Part shown: positions 24,542 through 36,840 of the stretch, piece after piece
Position numbering within the stretch: position 1 is the stretch's first letter
How the letters are laid out: every line of letters begins with the position of its first letter
Source of the DNA: Eledone cirrhosa
Taxonomy: Eukaryota
Assembly (NCBI GenBank): GCA_964016885.1
Contig: OZ024741.1
Location: forward strand, 412,982,001 to 413,046,000
Direction of reading: 5' to 3'
DNA length: 64,000 bases
Made by a program: the position numbers and the translations under genes
Notes under the pieces: generated by a model
What the model was told of the DNA's origin: nothing
Seen by the model: only the letters and a program-made list of their open reading frames with translations
Database searches by the model: none

Positions 24542-25772
24542 ACTAAAGTCCTAGTTTGTAGGAAAGAAAATAAGGCACCGGTCCCTTCCGGGAAATGGCC
24601 ATGCTCAGTGTGTAGGAAAGGCGTAGGTACAAACTCTATTTTATGTCCCAAATGCAAAGTATGGGTGCATAAAAGATGTAGTGGGATCACAGGTAAGCTA
24701 ACTAAGAACATAGATTTTATATGTGGCCGGTGCTCTGGTGCAATAAGTAGCAGCAAGTGCCCACAAAATACTAGCTCTTCCAATTGCGCAGAGGGTTCTA
24801 TAGAAATAGTGGACAGCTTCCGTTACCTGGGTGACAAAATAAGCAGTGGGGGAGGGTGCTCTGAAAGTACAGTAGCTAGAGTCAGAACTGGATGGAAAAA
24901 GTTCAGAGAGCTTATACCACTATTAGCCACTAAAGGGTTCTCTCTAAAAATGAAAGGCAGGTTGTATGATGCCTGCATACGAACAGCAATGTTGCATGGC
25001 AGTGAGACCTGGGCATTGTGTGCAGAGGATATACGCAGACTAGAGAGGAACGAAGCTTGTATGCTCCGCTAGATGTGTAATAGTAATATACGTGAACGGC
25101 AAAGCATAAACGAACTAAGGAAAAAATTAGAAATAAGAGGGATCAGATGTTGTTTACTCGAGAGAAGGCTACGTTGGTATGGTCACGTGATGCGCATGAA
25201 AGACGACAGCTGTATAACAAAGTGCAGGGCAATAAAGATGGAAGGTAGCTACGGAGTAGGCAGACCCAGAAAAACCTGGGACGAGCTGATAAATTCCGAC
25301 CTCACACACTTATACCTCTCCAAGACAATGTCACTGGACCGAGACCTTTGGCGGTACTCAGTAATAGAGAAGACCCGCCTTACCTAAATACAAAGTAAAA
25401 CCTACTTCAGTCAGTAGGCATCTCTAACAAAATACACCCCCATCCCACCACCCCCACCCCATCCACACTGCTCCTTTCAATGTAAAGTTATGTTGGTGCC
25501 ACAACATCCAGGCCGAAACAAATGAGGTTGTGTAGGTGTCACGAGACAAAAAACACACAGTCCACGCTGTAATGTGGCCGTGTAGGCAACACGGTAAAAA
25601 CCTCCCAGCCCCACACTGTAAATGTGGTTGGTGTTAGGAAGGGCATCCAGCTGTAGAAAACCCGCCAGACAGTCCTATGCGAGCAAGACAATCACTCTTG
25701 CCTCAAGTGGGAAAACTCCCGTCCAAACCCATGCAAGCGTGGAACACGGACGTTAAACGATGATGATGATGA
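24539..25772 (+). mobile_element. RTE LINE family C, 5'-truncated, flanked by (TA)n
   Basis: ORFs 24608-25072 and 25073-25387 split by one in-frame TAG; intact CSVC/CPKC/HKRC/CGRC finger. Confidence 0.93.
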
Positions 25773-25794
25773 TATATATATATATATATATATA

Positions 25795-26490
25795 GAGATT
25801 ACAGTAATCAAAGTTCAGTTTAAGTCATTTATTTGCTTACAATTGTTTCCTCCAAACCGAGGTTTGGATTCTTCGGAGCAACTATTTATAACATACTTGA
25901 CCTCCTTTTCAACCCAAGAGACACATAAAACATATGCGCATATCAACAGTGGGGTGACATTCATCAAAGATACAGCATGGCAATTTACATATAAAGGTTA
26001 CAGGATAAAAATAAAATAAAAACAAGAGTGAAAATAAAGATAAACATGAAGCGTTGGCAGTCTATGAAGATAAAGCAAGAGGAAAGCTTAGAGTAGTCAG
26101 TGTATGAAACAATCTCCCGTGTAGCATGCACGTGTGTCTTATCTATACATGATTAGAGTGCGTCAGAATGATATTTGCAGGGTCAGGCAGTTGAAGCTGG
26201 CAATCGATCTTATTATGTAGGCTGAATTATTAAGTCATTTATTCTCATACATCTGTATGATATACAGTCTCGGATGCGGGGAAACACCAAAATATCAAAA
26301 ACCTTCAACATACTATAAACCTTATTGTATCGTAGGCAACTGATGTTATTACATTGAGCTATTTATCTTACTGGTAATAGGATAGTAATTAATGACTATC
26401 TCTCACTATTTAGGGTTTGTGTATATATAATATATTACCATTAAAGGTTTTATTGCATACATAACCATAAATAGTACCCTTAATACTATA
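25795..26490 (-). mobile_element. Solo PLE pLTR related to the 5427-9005 element; hammerhead motif at 25833-25881
   Basis: Similar to 5430-5830 and, inverted, to 5270-5420; TTGCT-CCGAAGA..GAAA-CAATTG-TA-AGCAA. Confidence 0.75.
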
Positions 26491-26501
26491 TATATATATA
26501 T

Positions 26502-26564
<63 letters not shown>

Positions 26565-26569
<5 letters not shown>

Positions 26570-26646
26570 CCAGGATAAAAATTTTCATTTAGTCCAGAAT
26601 TAGCCGTCGAAACGGCTTGAGCTCAGCTGTCGGGGTCTTACTGGTT

Positions 26647-26690
<44 letters not shown>

Positions 26691-27210
26691 CGACGGCTGA
26701 GCTCAAGTCGCTTCGACTGCTAATTCTGCACTAAATGAAAATTTTTATCCTGGTATATGAATAGCCAAGCTTCTCAGGGGGTAATTCCATATATGGTAAA
26801 AGTGATTGTCACAAGGATTGGTCAAAAGTTTGTTGTTAAGACACATAATTCTATCATCGCAATTTGTGGAAGGAAGGAGTAGCTGAACCTGCCAGTAGAA
26901 GAAAGAGGGCGAGGGAGTGGAGGAAACCCAGTCGTGCGTTGATAGTGCCAACTACAGCAGGGCAGGAGGTCAAACAAGTATACTAGGGAGGGGGAGGGGG
27001 AGGAAGTCGAAACAATAAGTGATAGAATTATGTGTCTCAACAACAAACTTTTGACCAAAAATGTTCATTTAGTCCAGAAATAGCCGTCGAAACGGCTTGA
27101 CCTCAGCCGTCGGGGTCCTACTCATTCCTATTACCCACTCTACTACCCTAAGTATTGAGTACTTTGGTGCGTTATGGTCCACCTGGTTCCTTATCACATT
27201 TCCTTCGTTA
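26565..27210. repeat. Cluster of inverted PLE-pLTR-like pieces (same family as 10540-10730); near-complete hammerhead on - at ~26687-26783
   Basis: 26567-26635 is inverted with 26687-26755 across (TA)n; 26820-26857 is inverted with 27020-27057; minus strand ACCCC-CTGAGAA..GAAGC..GCCGTC-GGGG. Confidence 0.7.
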
Positions 27211-27232
27211 TATATATATATATATATATTAG

Positions 27233-27410
27233 AAAGTGAACAACACAAAATATAACTACTCCATTACTAAAGGTTTCTGGATTACAGATGATAATAATAT
27301 ATACGTCTGGATCGGTCGTCAAAAATGATAACATCTCCATTTGATGACCAATCCAGATGTATATATTACCTTTGGTAATGGAGTAGTTGTATTTTGTGTT
27401 GTTCATTTTT
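27233..27410. repeat. Short nested inverted repeat with a split hammerhead-like motif
   Basis: CTCCAT-TTGATGA..CCTTTGGTA-ATGGAG on + (GAA deleted); GAAACCTTTAGTA-ATGGAG on -. Confidence 0.6.
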
Positions 27411-27521
27411 TAATTAAATAGCTCTGTTCTATACATAGAGCACTCTTCTTTCCTTTGCTTTTCCTTTGGAATTACGTAACATATATACATATATATATAT
27501 ATATTATGTTTAATATAGACA

Positions 27522-29445
27522 TGGCAGGGAGAAACCCTTCTTCGTCAACAGAGGAAGCAGCTCCCTAAACTTCTTCCAACCCGTCCTTATTCTAGATACT
27601 ATGGCCTCGGAACACCCTCCTCCCATGCTAATCTGATCTCCTAGGTACCGGAAACTATCCACCACTTCTATAGCGCCCTCTCGCATTTGAAAAATGTGTC
27701 TATCAGTGCGACTTCTACTGTCTAATTTCCCTGTACATCTACTGCATACATATTTCTCCCTACCTGTTAGTTTGCCTGCTATCCCGCTACATCTCTTGTG
27801 TACCCAGGACCTGCATTGTGTGCATTTTATAGAATTTATGCCAGTTCCTTTTCTGCATATCGAACATGGCCATATCCCTGACAGAATCAGGGTTTTGTCC
27901 TCTTTTCTACTCATCAACACTTTTGTCTTAGCTAGATTTACTCTCAGTCCTCTTGCTTCCAACTGCTGTTTCCATAGCCGGAATTTATTCTCTAGCTCCT
28001 CTACTGATTCTGCCATAAGAGCCAGATCGTCAGCATAGAGAAGTTCCCATGGACAGCCAGTCTTAAACTCCTCTGTTATGGCTTGGAGGACTATAATGAA
28101 CAAGAGCGGGCTGAGGACCGAACCCTGATGTACTCCTACTTGTATCTGGAATTCCTCACTAAACTCCATTCCTACCCTGACTTTACTGTACAAAGTACCT
28201 CTGTACAAAGTTTGCACTGTCCTCACAAGCCATTCCTCAACACCCAGCTTCCTTAGGGACCACCAGATGACAGATCGGAGTACCCTATCAAAGGCCTTCT
28301 CTAGGTCAACAAAGGCTAAGTATAGTGGCTTATTCTTCTCTAAGAACCTCTCTTGCATTTGTCTCACCAAGAAGAGGGCATCTGTTGTACTCTTCCCAGG
28401 CACAAAACCAAACTGCATCTCATCTAGTTTGACCCTTTCTCTAATTAGTTGTGCTAAAATCCTTTCTGCCACTTTCATAACCTGATCTATCAGTTTTATA
28501 CCCCTATAATTGCTCCTCTCCAAAGCATCCCCTTTACCTTTGTAGCAATTTATGAGAATACTGCTGCACCAGTCTTTGGGTATGACACCACCATATATAG
28601 CCTGATTGATGATGCGTGCAACCAGTTTAGTGCCTACGTCCCCTGATGCCTTCAGCATCTCAGCAACTATTCCCGATGGTCCGGCCGCCTTACCATTTTT
28701 CATTTCCCTAATCGCCTCTTGGACCCTATATTCGTCAATCTCAATAGCTGGTCCCTCTGTCGGATCTACCAAGGGTAATTTCTCTCTCTCCCATTCGTTC
28801 TCCACATTCATCAGTCTCTCATAATGACATTTCCAGGCCTCCTTTTTTCTGGTCATTCGTGACACTAAGTACACCGGCATCATCCCGGACACATTTATCA
28901 CCAACAACATCCTGATTTGCATTGACACACTGCCTTGCAATGTGGAACACCGCACGCCTCTGATCTTCCCGTCGCAGAACATTGGCAAACCTCCTACTCT
29001 CTGCCTCCCTGCGTGCTAAGTACACCTGACGTCTAGCTTCTCTCTTAGTGGCTGTATATTCTTCCCTACTCCCACCCTTTTTCCAAGCCTTCCATGCTAG
29101 TCTTTTGTCTCTAATAGCCTTATCTACTGTGCTGTTCCACCACCAGGTCACTCTCTGTCTGGTTGGAGCTCTGCTCCAGCCACAGGTTTCATCAGTAGCC
29201 TGCAGCAAGTTGTCACGTAAGAACTTCCAGTTATTATCTATGTCATACGTCTCTAAATCGTCTTCTTTTTCGTCATATACATCTTGAAGGGCTTTCCTAA
29301 ATTTGAATTTTAGTGAAAGGTCTTTTAGCTTCCAGACCTTTCTTCTCCACACCTTCCTATATGTCTCATTCCATCTCTTGCTTACTGAGATATCACTAAC
29401 AACTAACCTATGCTGTGGGGTACATTCTTCCCCAGGGTATTCTCT
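27522..29445 (-). mobile_element. RTE LINE family B internal fragment (APE end, RT, PHD-type finger), truncated at both ends
   Basis: ORFs 28819-29352 and 27510-28988 with YADD and CSIC/CTQC/HKRC/CSRC. Confidence 0.93.
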
Positions 29446-29496
29446 TGATATATATATATATTTATTTAATTATGTAATAAACAACACAATATAATT

Positions 29497-29569
29497 ATTC
29501 CATTACACAAGGTTTCACGAAGTTAGACAATTCTAACAGAAGTGTCTGATATTGTTCATCAGAAGGAAT
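29497..29569 (-). ncRNA. Hammerhead motif with canonical core
   Basis: Minus strand ATTCCTT-CTGATGA-AC..GT-GAAAC-CTTGT-GTA-ATGGAAT; flank resembles 27233-27282. Confidence 0.6.
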
Positions 29570-29580
29570 CTTTATTTGGA

Positions 29581-30000
29581 TCATCATCATCATCATCATC
29601 ACCGTTTTACGTCCGTTCTTCCACGCTAGCATGGGTTAGACGGGTTGTCCTGTTGTGGGCAGTGTCTGGTCGGCTGACCATGCCTTGCTCATACAGGAAC
29701 TGATCTGGCTCGATTTATACAGCTGGATGCCCTTCCTAACACCAACCTCATTTACAGTGAGTGCTGGGTGCTTTTTCGTGGCGCCTACACGTCCACTTTA
29801 CAGTGTGGGCTGGGTGCTTTTTTGCCGTGGCACCTCCACGACCACCTTGCGGTGGGGGGAGTGGGGGCATATTGTTTATATGCTTCAACATGTACCCATG
29901 GGAGGTCGGGTACCCTGTATTACTGCGTGACGCCAGAAGTCACGGTCGTGTGTCATTGTCTTTGAGAGGTGTAGTTGGGTAAGGTCGGCTTTTATCACCT
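29581..30000 (-). mobile_element. RTE LINE family A 3'UTR fragment
   Basis: Colinear with 9170-9600. Confidence 0.88.
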
Positions 30001-30039
30001 TATTGGATATATATATATATTGGATATATATATATATAA

Positions 30040-30367
30040 TTTCATTTTACGTCCGCTTTTTCCCTGCTTACAAGGGTGGGATGGGAACTGTTTCTGGCTT
30101 GATTTCTACAGCTGGATGCCCTTCCTAACACCAACCTCATTTACAGTGAGTGCTGGGTGCTTTTTTACTGTGCCACCTCCACGACCACTTTGCAGGGGAA
30201 TGATATGGAACCCAGTCCCTATCATCTCATTTCTACAGCTGAGTAAACTGGAGCAATGTGAAATAAAGTGTCTTGCTCAAGGAAACAACACATCACCCGG
30301 TCTGACAATTGAACTCACAACCTTTTGATTGCAACGCCAATGCTCTAACAACTAAGCCATGTGCCTC
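30040..30367 (-). mobile_element. SINE family 2, full length
   Basis: Matches 22318-22633; flanked by (TA)n. Confidence 0.88.
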
Positions 30368-30818
30368 TATATATATATAGTGAGTTAAAGAGAATTAAAT
30401 TGATCATAGTGGGAGGGATGGATAGAGAGGGAGAGAGAGAGGGGGAGATATATGTTTTTCTCTATATATTAAGAATTATTGCAAGAGTAACTTACTCACT
30501 ATTTTGAAAATTTGGACTGTGAACAACAATTATATTTGAGTGGCTGCTATTTGCAGTATAGCAATATAAGGTTGCACTTACCAATGAAACGGTCGTAAAT
30601 ACCTGGATAAAATCCTTCTCTTAATGCTTACCTGTGTTTTCTCTTTTATACTTTATACTCCAAGATTGAACGGAATTCTTACAAACTTGTGGAGTTACCC
30701 TAACCGTACGTTGAAACCATCCATGAAACTGGCTTTCTTAACCAAGAACTGGATCACAATAAGCAATTTCTTGCTTCTCTAACTATATATATATATATGT
30801 ATATATATATATGTATAT

Positions 30819-31042
30819 GTTTACTCAGCTGTAGAAATGAGATGATAGGGACTGGGGTCTATATCATTCCACTGCAAAGTGGTCGTGGAGGTGTCACGAC
30901 AAAAAAGCACCCGGCACTCACTGTAAATGAGGTTGGTGTTAGGAAGGGCATCCAACTGTAGAAATCAAGCCAGAATCAGTTCCCATCCCACCCTTGCAAG
31001 CAGGGAAAAGCGGACGTAAAATGATGATGAAATGATGATGAA

Positions 31043-31047
<5 letters not shown>
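30819..31047 (+). mobile_element. SINE family 2, 5'-truncated
   Basis: Matches 4960-5180. Confidence 0.85.
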
Positions 31048-31095
<48 letters not shown>

Positions 31096-31103
31096 ATATA
31101 TAT

Positions 31104-31166
<63 letters not shown>

Positions 31167-31189
31167 TGTATATATATATATATATATAT

Positions 31190-31267
<78 letters not shown>

Positions 31268-31759
31268 TTAATACAATAACAGAGATAGCTTAACGCTAAA
31301 CTCCGACTGGTAACCATCTCACTCAACAAACATTAGGTTATATGTTAGTATAACCCAATTTAAGTGTTTGGGGTGCTAACTATGTGTATTTTGTGGAAAG
31401 CCAGTTGTATTATTTTATGAGATATAATTAAAGTTAAAATATATCTCTCTTTCCAAACAATTGTTTCATTATAAGTTTTCTACAATTTGGGAGAATGTTT
31501 CCAGTTTATGTAGAAGCCTAACACATATTCATGTAAGAATATATTTAGGTGGGCACTTATAAATCTTCAGTGGAAGCCCATTAAACTTTGATATAAGAAA
31601 AAAATTCTTACCGCAGTTAAAAATCGTGTCCGCTAAGCTGCTCCCTCACGCATCGAATGACCGCCAAATTTGAAATTCCAGCAGTCTTTTGACTGAGGCA
31701 GTTTCATAGCGTCACGAAGCGGGAAAGGGAGACAACCACGGTACACGAGAAGAGAAAAA

Positions 31760-32260
31760 AATAATATACACTCGGGTTAATTAGTTTTTTCAAAAACATT
31801 ATCAATCCAACGTGTTAAGAACTCAATTGAAATTAAAAAAATAAATGTATGCGTGTATTAATTACACACGCATATAGATATTTTCTTAGGCTAAAAACAG
31901 AGGTGATACCAAAACAACAAACCGCATCACATCACCGCAGCAAATAGTGAAGGTTACGCTTTAAAGGCGATTGGGAATGTAAATCTCTGGCCAAATTAAG
32001 AGTAAAATATTTAATACACGCGGATTAGTTAGTTTTTTAAAACCATTATCAATTCACGTGTTAAGAACTCAACTAATTTAAAAAAATAAATGTATGCATG
32101 TAATTATTTACACACGCATATATATATTTTCTTAGGCTAAAAACAGAGAAGTGACAACCAATAAACCACCATATTTCACAACAGTAACAAATACAGAAAG
32201 TCATGCTTATAAGGTACCTGGAAATAAGTACCTCTGGCCAAATCAAGAGTAACATATTTA

Positions 32261-32263
<3 letters not shown>
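31760..32263. repeat. Diverged tandem duplication, two ~250-bp units
   Basis: CGTGTTAAGAACTCAA, TTTTCTTAGGCTAAAAACAGAG and CTCTGGCCAAAT..AAGAGTAA each occur twice, ~250 bp apart. Confidence 0.8.
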
Positions 32264-32297
<34 letters not shown>

Positions 32298-32298
<1 letters not shown>

Positions 32299-33755
32299 CA
32301 TCATCATCATCATCATCATCATCACCGTTTTACATCCGTTCTTCCACGCTAACATGGGTTGTCCTGTTGTGGGCAGTGCCTGGTTGGCTGATCATGCCTT
32401 GCTCATACAGGAACTGATTTGGCTTGATTTCTACAGCTGGATGCCCTTCCTAACACCAACCTCATTTACAGTGAATGCTGAGTGCTTTTTCGTGGCGCCT
32501 ACACGTCCACTTTACAGTGTGGGCTGGGTGCTTTTTTGACGTGGCACCTCCACGACCACTTTGCAGTGGGTGGGTGTGGGGGCATATTGTCTATATGCTT
32601 CAGCTTGTACCCATGGGAGGTCGGGTACTATGTATTACTGCGTGATGCCAGAGGTCACGGTCATGTGTCATCACCTTTGAGAGGCGTAATTGGGTAAGGT
32701 TGGCTTTTATCACCTCATCCCAGGTCTACTTGGGTCTCCCCACTCCGCGGTTTCCATCGACTTCTAGTGCTCTGCACCTTTTAATGCAGCTGTCATCCTT
32801 CATACGCATCACATGTCTATACCAACGCAACCGCCTCTCCTGCACACAGCAATTGATTCCTCTTATGCTCACTCTCTCTCTCAATTCATCTATGCTTTGT
32901 CGTTTGCGTATATTACTATTACACATCCATCGGAGCATGCAGGCTTCGTTTCTCTCTAATCTACGTAAGTCTTCCACCTTCAGCGCCCAGGTCTCACTAC
33001 CATGTAACATTGTTGTTCGGATACACGCATCATACAGTCTGCTTTCATTTTCAGGGAGAAGCCTTTTGCAGCTAGCAGTGGTAGTAGTTCCCTGAATTTC
33101 TTCCATCCCGTTCTTACCCTAGTTATTGTACTTTCTGAACACCCACCTCCGCTGCTAATTCGGTCACCTAGGTAGCAGAAGCTGTCTACTGTCTCTACAG
33201 AGCCCTCCCAGAGATTGGTGGTACTTGTTTCCTGTGGCTGTTTTCTGCTTGCTGTCCCAGTACAGCTGCTGCATGTGAAGCCTACATTCTTAATTAAGCT
33301 TCCTGAGATCCCGCTACATCTCTTGTGTACCCATTGTTTGCATTTGGGGCAGAGACTGGAGTTCCTACCTACACCTTTCCTACATACTGAGCAAGGCCGT
33401 TTCCCTGAGGGGATCTGGGTTCTGTTTTCTCGTCTACTTACAAGGACCTTAGTCTTTGTCATGTTGACTTTGAGACCCTTTCTTTCTAGTCCTTGCTTCC
33501 AAGTTTGGAATTTCTTCTCTAGTTCTACCATAGATTCAGCTATAAGTGTGAGGTCATCAGCATACAGGAGTTCCCATGGGCATCCGGTCTTAAACTCCTC
33601 CGTTATTGCCTGCAGGACTATGATGAACAGGAGAGGGCTAAGAACAGAGCCCTGGTGGACCCCAACCTGTACGCTAAATTCCTCGCTATACTCATTGCTT
33701 ATCCTAACTTTGCTGACTGCTCCCCTATACATGGCTTGTACAGCTTTCACAAGCC
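32298..33755 (-). mobile_element. RTE LINE family A, 5'-truncated within RT
   Basis: ORF 32980-33750 with GVHQGSVLSPLLF, YADD and the finger; flanked by (TA)n. Confidence 0.93.
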
Positions 33756-33760
33756 ATATA

Positions 33761-33800
<40 letters not shown>

Positions 33801-33856
33801 AATATAAGTATGTATACGTACATACATATATGTATACAGACGTACAGTAGTATGAT

Positions 33857-34204
33857 CATTTCATCATCATTTCATTTTACGTCCGCTTTTCCCTGCTTGC
33901 AAGGGTGGGACGGGAACTGATTCTGGCTTAATTTCTACAGCTGGATGCGCTTCCTAACACCAACCTCATTTTCAGTGAGTGCTGGGTGCTTTTTTGCTGT
34001 GGCACCTCCACGACCACTTTACAGTGGAATGATATGGACCCCAGTCCCTATCATCTCATTTCCCTATCATCTCATTCTACAGCTGAGTAAACTGGAGCAA
34101 TGTGAAATAAAGTGTCTTGCTCAAGGAAACAACACATCACCCGGTCTGAGAATTGAACTCACAACCTTTCGATTGCAAGGCCAATGCTCTAACCATGTGG
34201 CTCC
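33857..34204 (-). mobile_element. SINE family 2, inserted into the 422-bp tandem array
   Basis: Matches 30040-30367; splits the unit at ..CAGTAGTATG| (compare 34620-34640). Confidence 0.85.
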
Positions 34205-34364
34205 ATATATATATATACATACATGCACACATATATATATATGTACGTATGGATTCACCGAACGTTTATTATAATGCTCGATGTGTTTGTAAACAAACAT
34301 CCCGAATTAAGCCGTACAGTGTCTAGCAACCATCGTTGCTCATGTGTTCAACACTGACAAAGGA

Positions 34365-34407
34365 ACGCTGTACTAGTTTCAAGCTTATTAGCTATCGTCA
34401 GCAACGT
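34365..34407 (-). ncRNA. Minimal type I hammerhead, copy 1
   Basis: ACGTTG-CTGACGA-TAGCT AATA AGCTT-GAAAC-TA-GTA-CAGCGT. Confidence 0.8.
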
Positions 34408-34786
34408 ATACCTTCCTGCCAGATTGTTGAACGTATATACTTACCTTATGTATATTAACGGCTGAGTAGCCCAATTTGCATATCGAGTGGGTTAATCGGC
34501 CGGGTGCACCGAAAACGATAAACGGAAAAAATGAAACGAAATTTCATTTCCCACTCTTAGTACGGCTGTTACTTAAATATAAGAATGTATACGTACATAC
34601 ATATATGTATACAGACGTACAGTAGTATGTATATATATATACATACATGCACACATATATATATGGACGTATGGATTCACCGAATATTTATTATAATGCT
34701 CGGTGTGTTTATAAACAAACATCCCGAATTAAGCCATACAGTGTCTAGCAACCATCGTTGCTCATTTGTTCAACACTGACAAAGGA

Positions 34787-34829
34787 ACGCTGTACTAGTT
34801 TCAAGCTTATTAGCTATCATCAGCAACGT
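34787..34829 (-). ncRNA. Minimal type I hammerhead, copy 2
   Basis: ACGTTG-CTGATGA-TAGCT AATA AGCTT-GAAAC-TA-GTA-CAGCGT. Confidence 0.8.
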
Positions 34830-35238
34830 ATACCTTCCTGCCAGATGGTTGAACGTCTGAAAGTATTTACTTTCCTTATGCATATTAACGGCTGAGCAGC
34901 CTAATTTGCATATCGAGTGAGTTAATCGGCCGGGGTACCGAAAACGATAAACAGAAAAAATGAAACAATGAATCAAGTGTTGAACAAATGAGCAACGATG
35001 GTTGCTAAACACTGTACGGCTTAATTCGGGATGTTTGTTTACAAACACACCGAGCATTATAATAAATGTTCGGTGAATCCATACGTACATATATATATGT
35101 GTGCATGTATGTATATATATATTACGTCTGTATACATATATGTATGTACGTATATATACTTATATTTAAGTAACAGCCGTACTAAGAGTGAGAAATGAAA
35201 TTTCGTTTCATTTTTTCCGTTTATATATATATATATAT

Positions 35239-35652
35239 ATAAAATATTAAACAAATAATGAATAAAACAATGAAACAGTTCCTTATATTAAACAAAAAAA
35301 GTTCATTATTTAACGATCGTTTCTAGGATATATATGTGTTAGAATTGGCATGCATATTCAACAGATCTATGTACAAAATTATACAAAATTATACAAACTA
35401 TCAAAATTAAATATACATACCCAACACATATATATGCCGTCTTCAGAAATAATGAATGTATATGTGTTGGGTATGTATATTTAATTTTGATAGTTTGTAT
35501 AATTTTGTATAATTTTGTACATAGATCTGTTGAATATGCATGCCAATTCTAACACATATATATCCTAGAAACGATCGTTAAATAATGAACTTTTTTTGTT
35601 TAATATAAGGAACTGTTTCATTGTTTTATTCATTATTTGTTTAATATTTTAT
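35239..35652. repeat. Near-perfect palindrome with ~190-bp arms and ~26-bp spacer
   Basis: ATAAAATATTAAAC..CCCAACACATATA mirrored by TATATGTGTTGGG..GTTTAATATTTTAT. Confidence 0.92.
35302..35456 (-). ncRNA. Hammerhead motif with 10-bp stem I and greatly extended stem II
   Basis: TTCATTATTT-CTGAAGA-..ATATATATGTGTT/AACACATATATAT..-GAAAC-GATC-GTT-AAATAATGAA. Confidence 0.7.
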
Positions 35653-35961
35653 CTTGACTCTGTATTCCGTTTATCTTTCACCGAAAGTGATTTTTCATTG
35701 CATCTCTTCTTTCCATGATATCCGGATTACATTGAGTTCTTCATACGGATTGGACACTACCGTAAACTCTTGGTAGATTTATCTACATATATATATATAT
35801 ATATAGATAGATAATATTTTAGTATTGAAAGTAAATTTCATATAGCAATATGATAGGTGATCTGTTACTTATTACATTAGTGAAATATCAGAACATATTT
35901 GTCATGTTGTAGACGTGTAAAAGTATAAGTCAAAATTTCAGGTATTATTAGATCAGGGAGT

Positions 35962-36265
35962 AGATTGGCAGTATCGGTAGAGGGTCGGATGCCATGCTTT
36001 GACGCATAGAGTTACGGCCCTTGCCATTCTGAGTTCAAATCCCGCCAAGGTTAACTTTGCCTTTCATCCTACGGGGTAGATAAAATAAAGTACCAGTAAT
36101 ACACTGGGATAATTGCTGGCCTTGTGCTAAAAGTAGAAACAATTATTAGATCTGGCCGAGGCAAGCTTTGCCTTTCATCCTTACAGGGTTGTTAAAGTAC
36201 CAGTAATGCACTGGGGTTGAGTTGATTGACTTTCCCCTCCTCTCAAATCAGAAACTATTATTAGT
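35962..36265 (+). mobile_element. tRNA-derived SINE, family 1 (35962-36148), plus a tandem partial copy
   Basis: Matches 15634-15830; second GCCTTTCATCCTTACAGGG at ~36170. Confidence 0.82.
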
Positions 36266-36344
36266 TGTGGCCTTCTGCTCACTGAGTTCACATCTTGCTG
36301 AGCTCAACTTGGCATTTCATTCAGGTTTAATGATATACACTTCA

Positions 36345-36555
36345 ATTAATTAGTGAAGAATGTTATATGATTTACTAAAATTATTAATCATTTCATTACT
36401 AAGACAGTAACTTAACATATGGTTTATATAAAAGTGAAGATTCTTATTTGAATAGGAACATTTTATTGCAATTAATTACTGAAGAATGTTAAAGGATTTA
36501 CTGCAATAACTAATTATTCCATGAGTAAGACAGTAACTTAACATATGGTTCTTGT
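36345..36555. repeat. Diverged ~125-bp tandem duplication
   Basis: AATTAATTA.TGAAGAATGTTA..TAAGACAGTAACTTAACATATGGTT occurs twice. Confidence 0.75.
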
Positions 36556-36629
36556 ATGAAATTATGTTGGAATATTTTAATTTAAATAGAAATACTTTAA
36601 CCCTTTCATGTCTAGAATGTAAAGTCTGT

Positions 36630-36840
36630 CTCAAAGCTCATCAGGCCAGTGCTTATCATGGTTTCCATGGCGAGAAGCAACTGAGAGTACCATACTCCCC
36701 CTGGACACAACACCAGTCCATTGAAGGGTTAAACACCCATCTATTGCTGGGACTCTTTTTCAGCGGAGTATTGTAGAGCAACACAAACCTCAGTCAAGGA
36801 ACTGATGACATAATAATCGTAAGTCCAACACCCTTACACC
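36630..36840 (-). mobile_element. Possible old SINE remnant
   Basis: Minus strand ATGGACTGG..TCCAGGGGGAGTA..GAAACC..GATAAGC resembles a remembered invertebrate SINE body; not verified. Confidence 0.35.

Larger units (their letters stand above)
33798..35225 (-). repeat. ~422-bp tandem repeat with one hammerhead per unit and a terminal inverted partial copy (34977-35225); retrozyme-like or tandem-pLTR-like
   Basis: GGATTCACCG at 34251 and 34673; hammerheads at 34365-34407 and 34787-34829. Confidence 0.85.
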
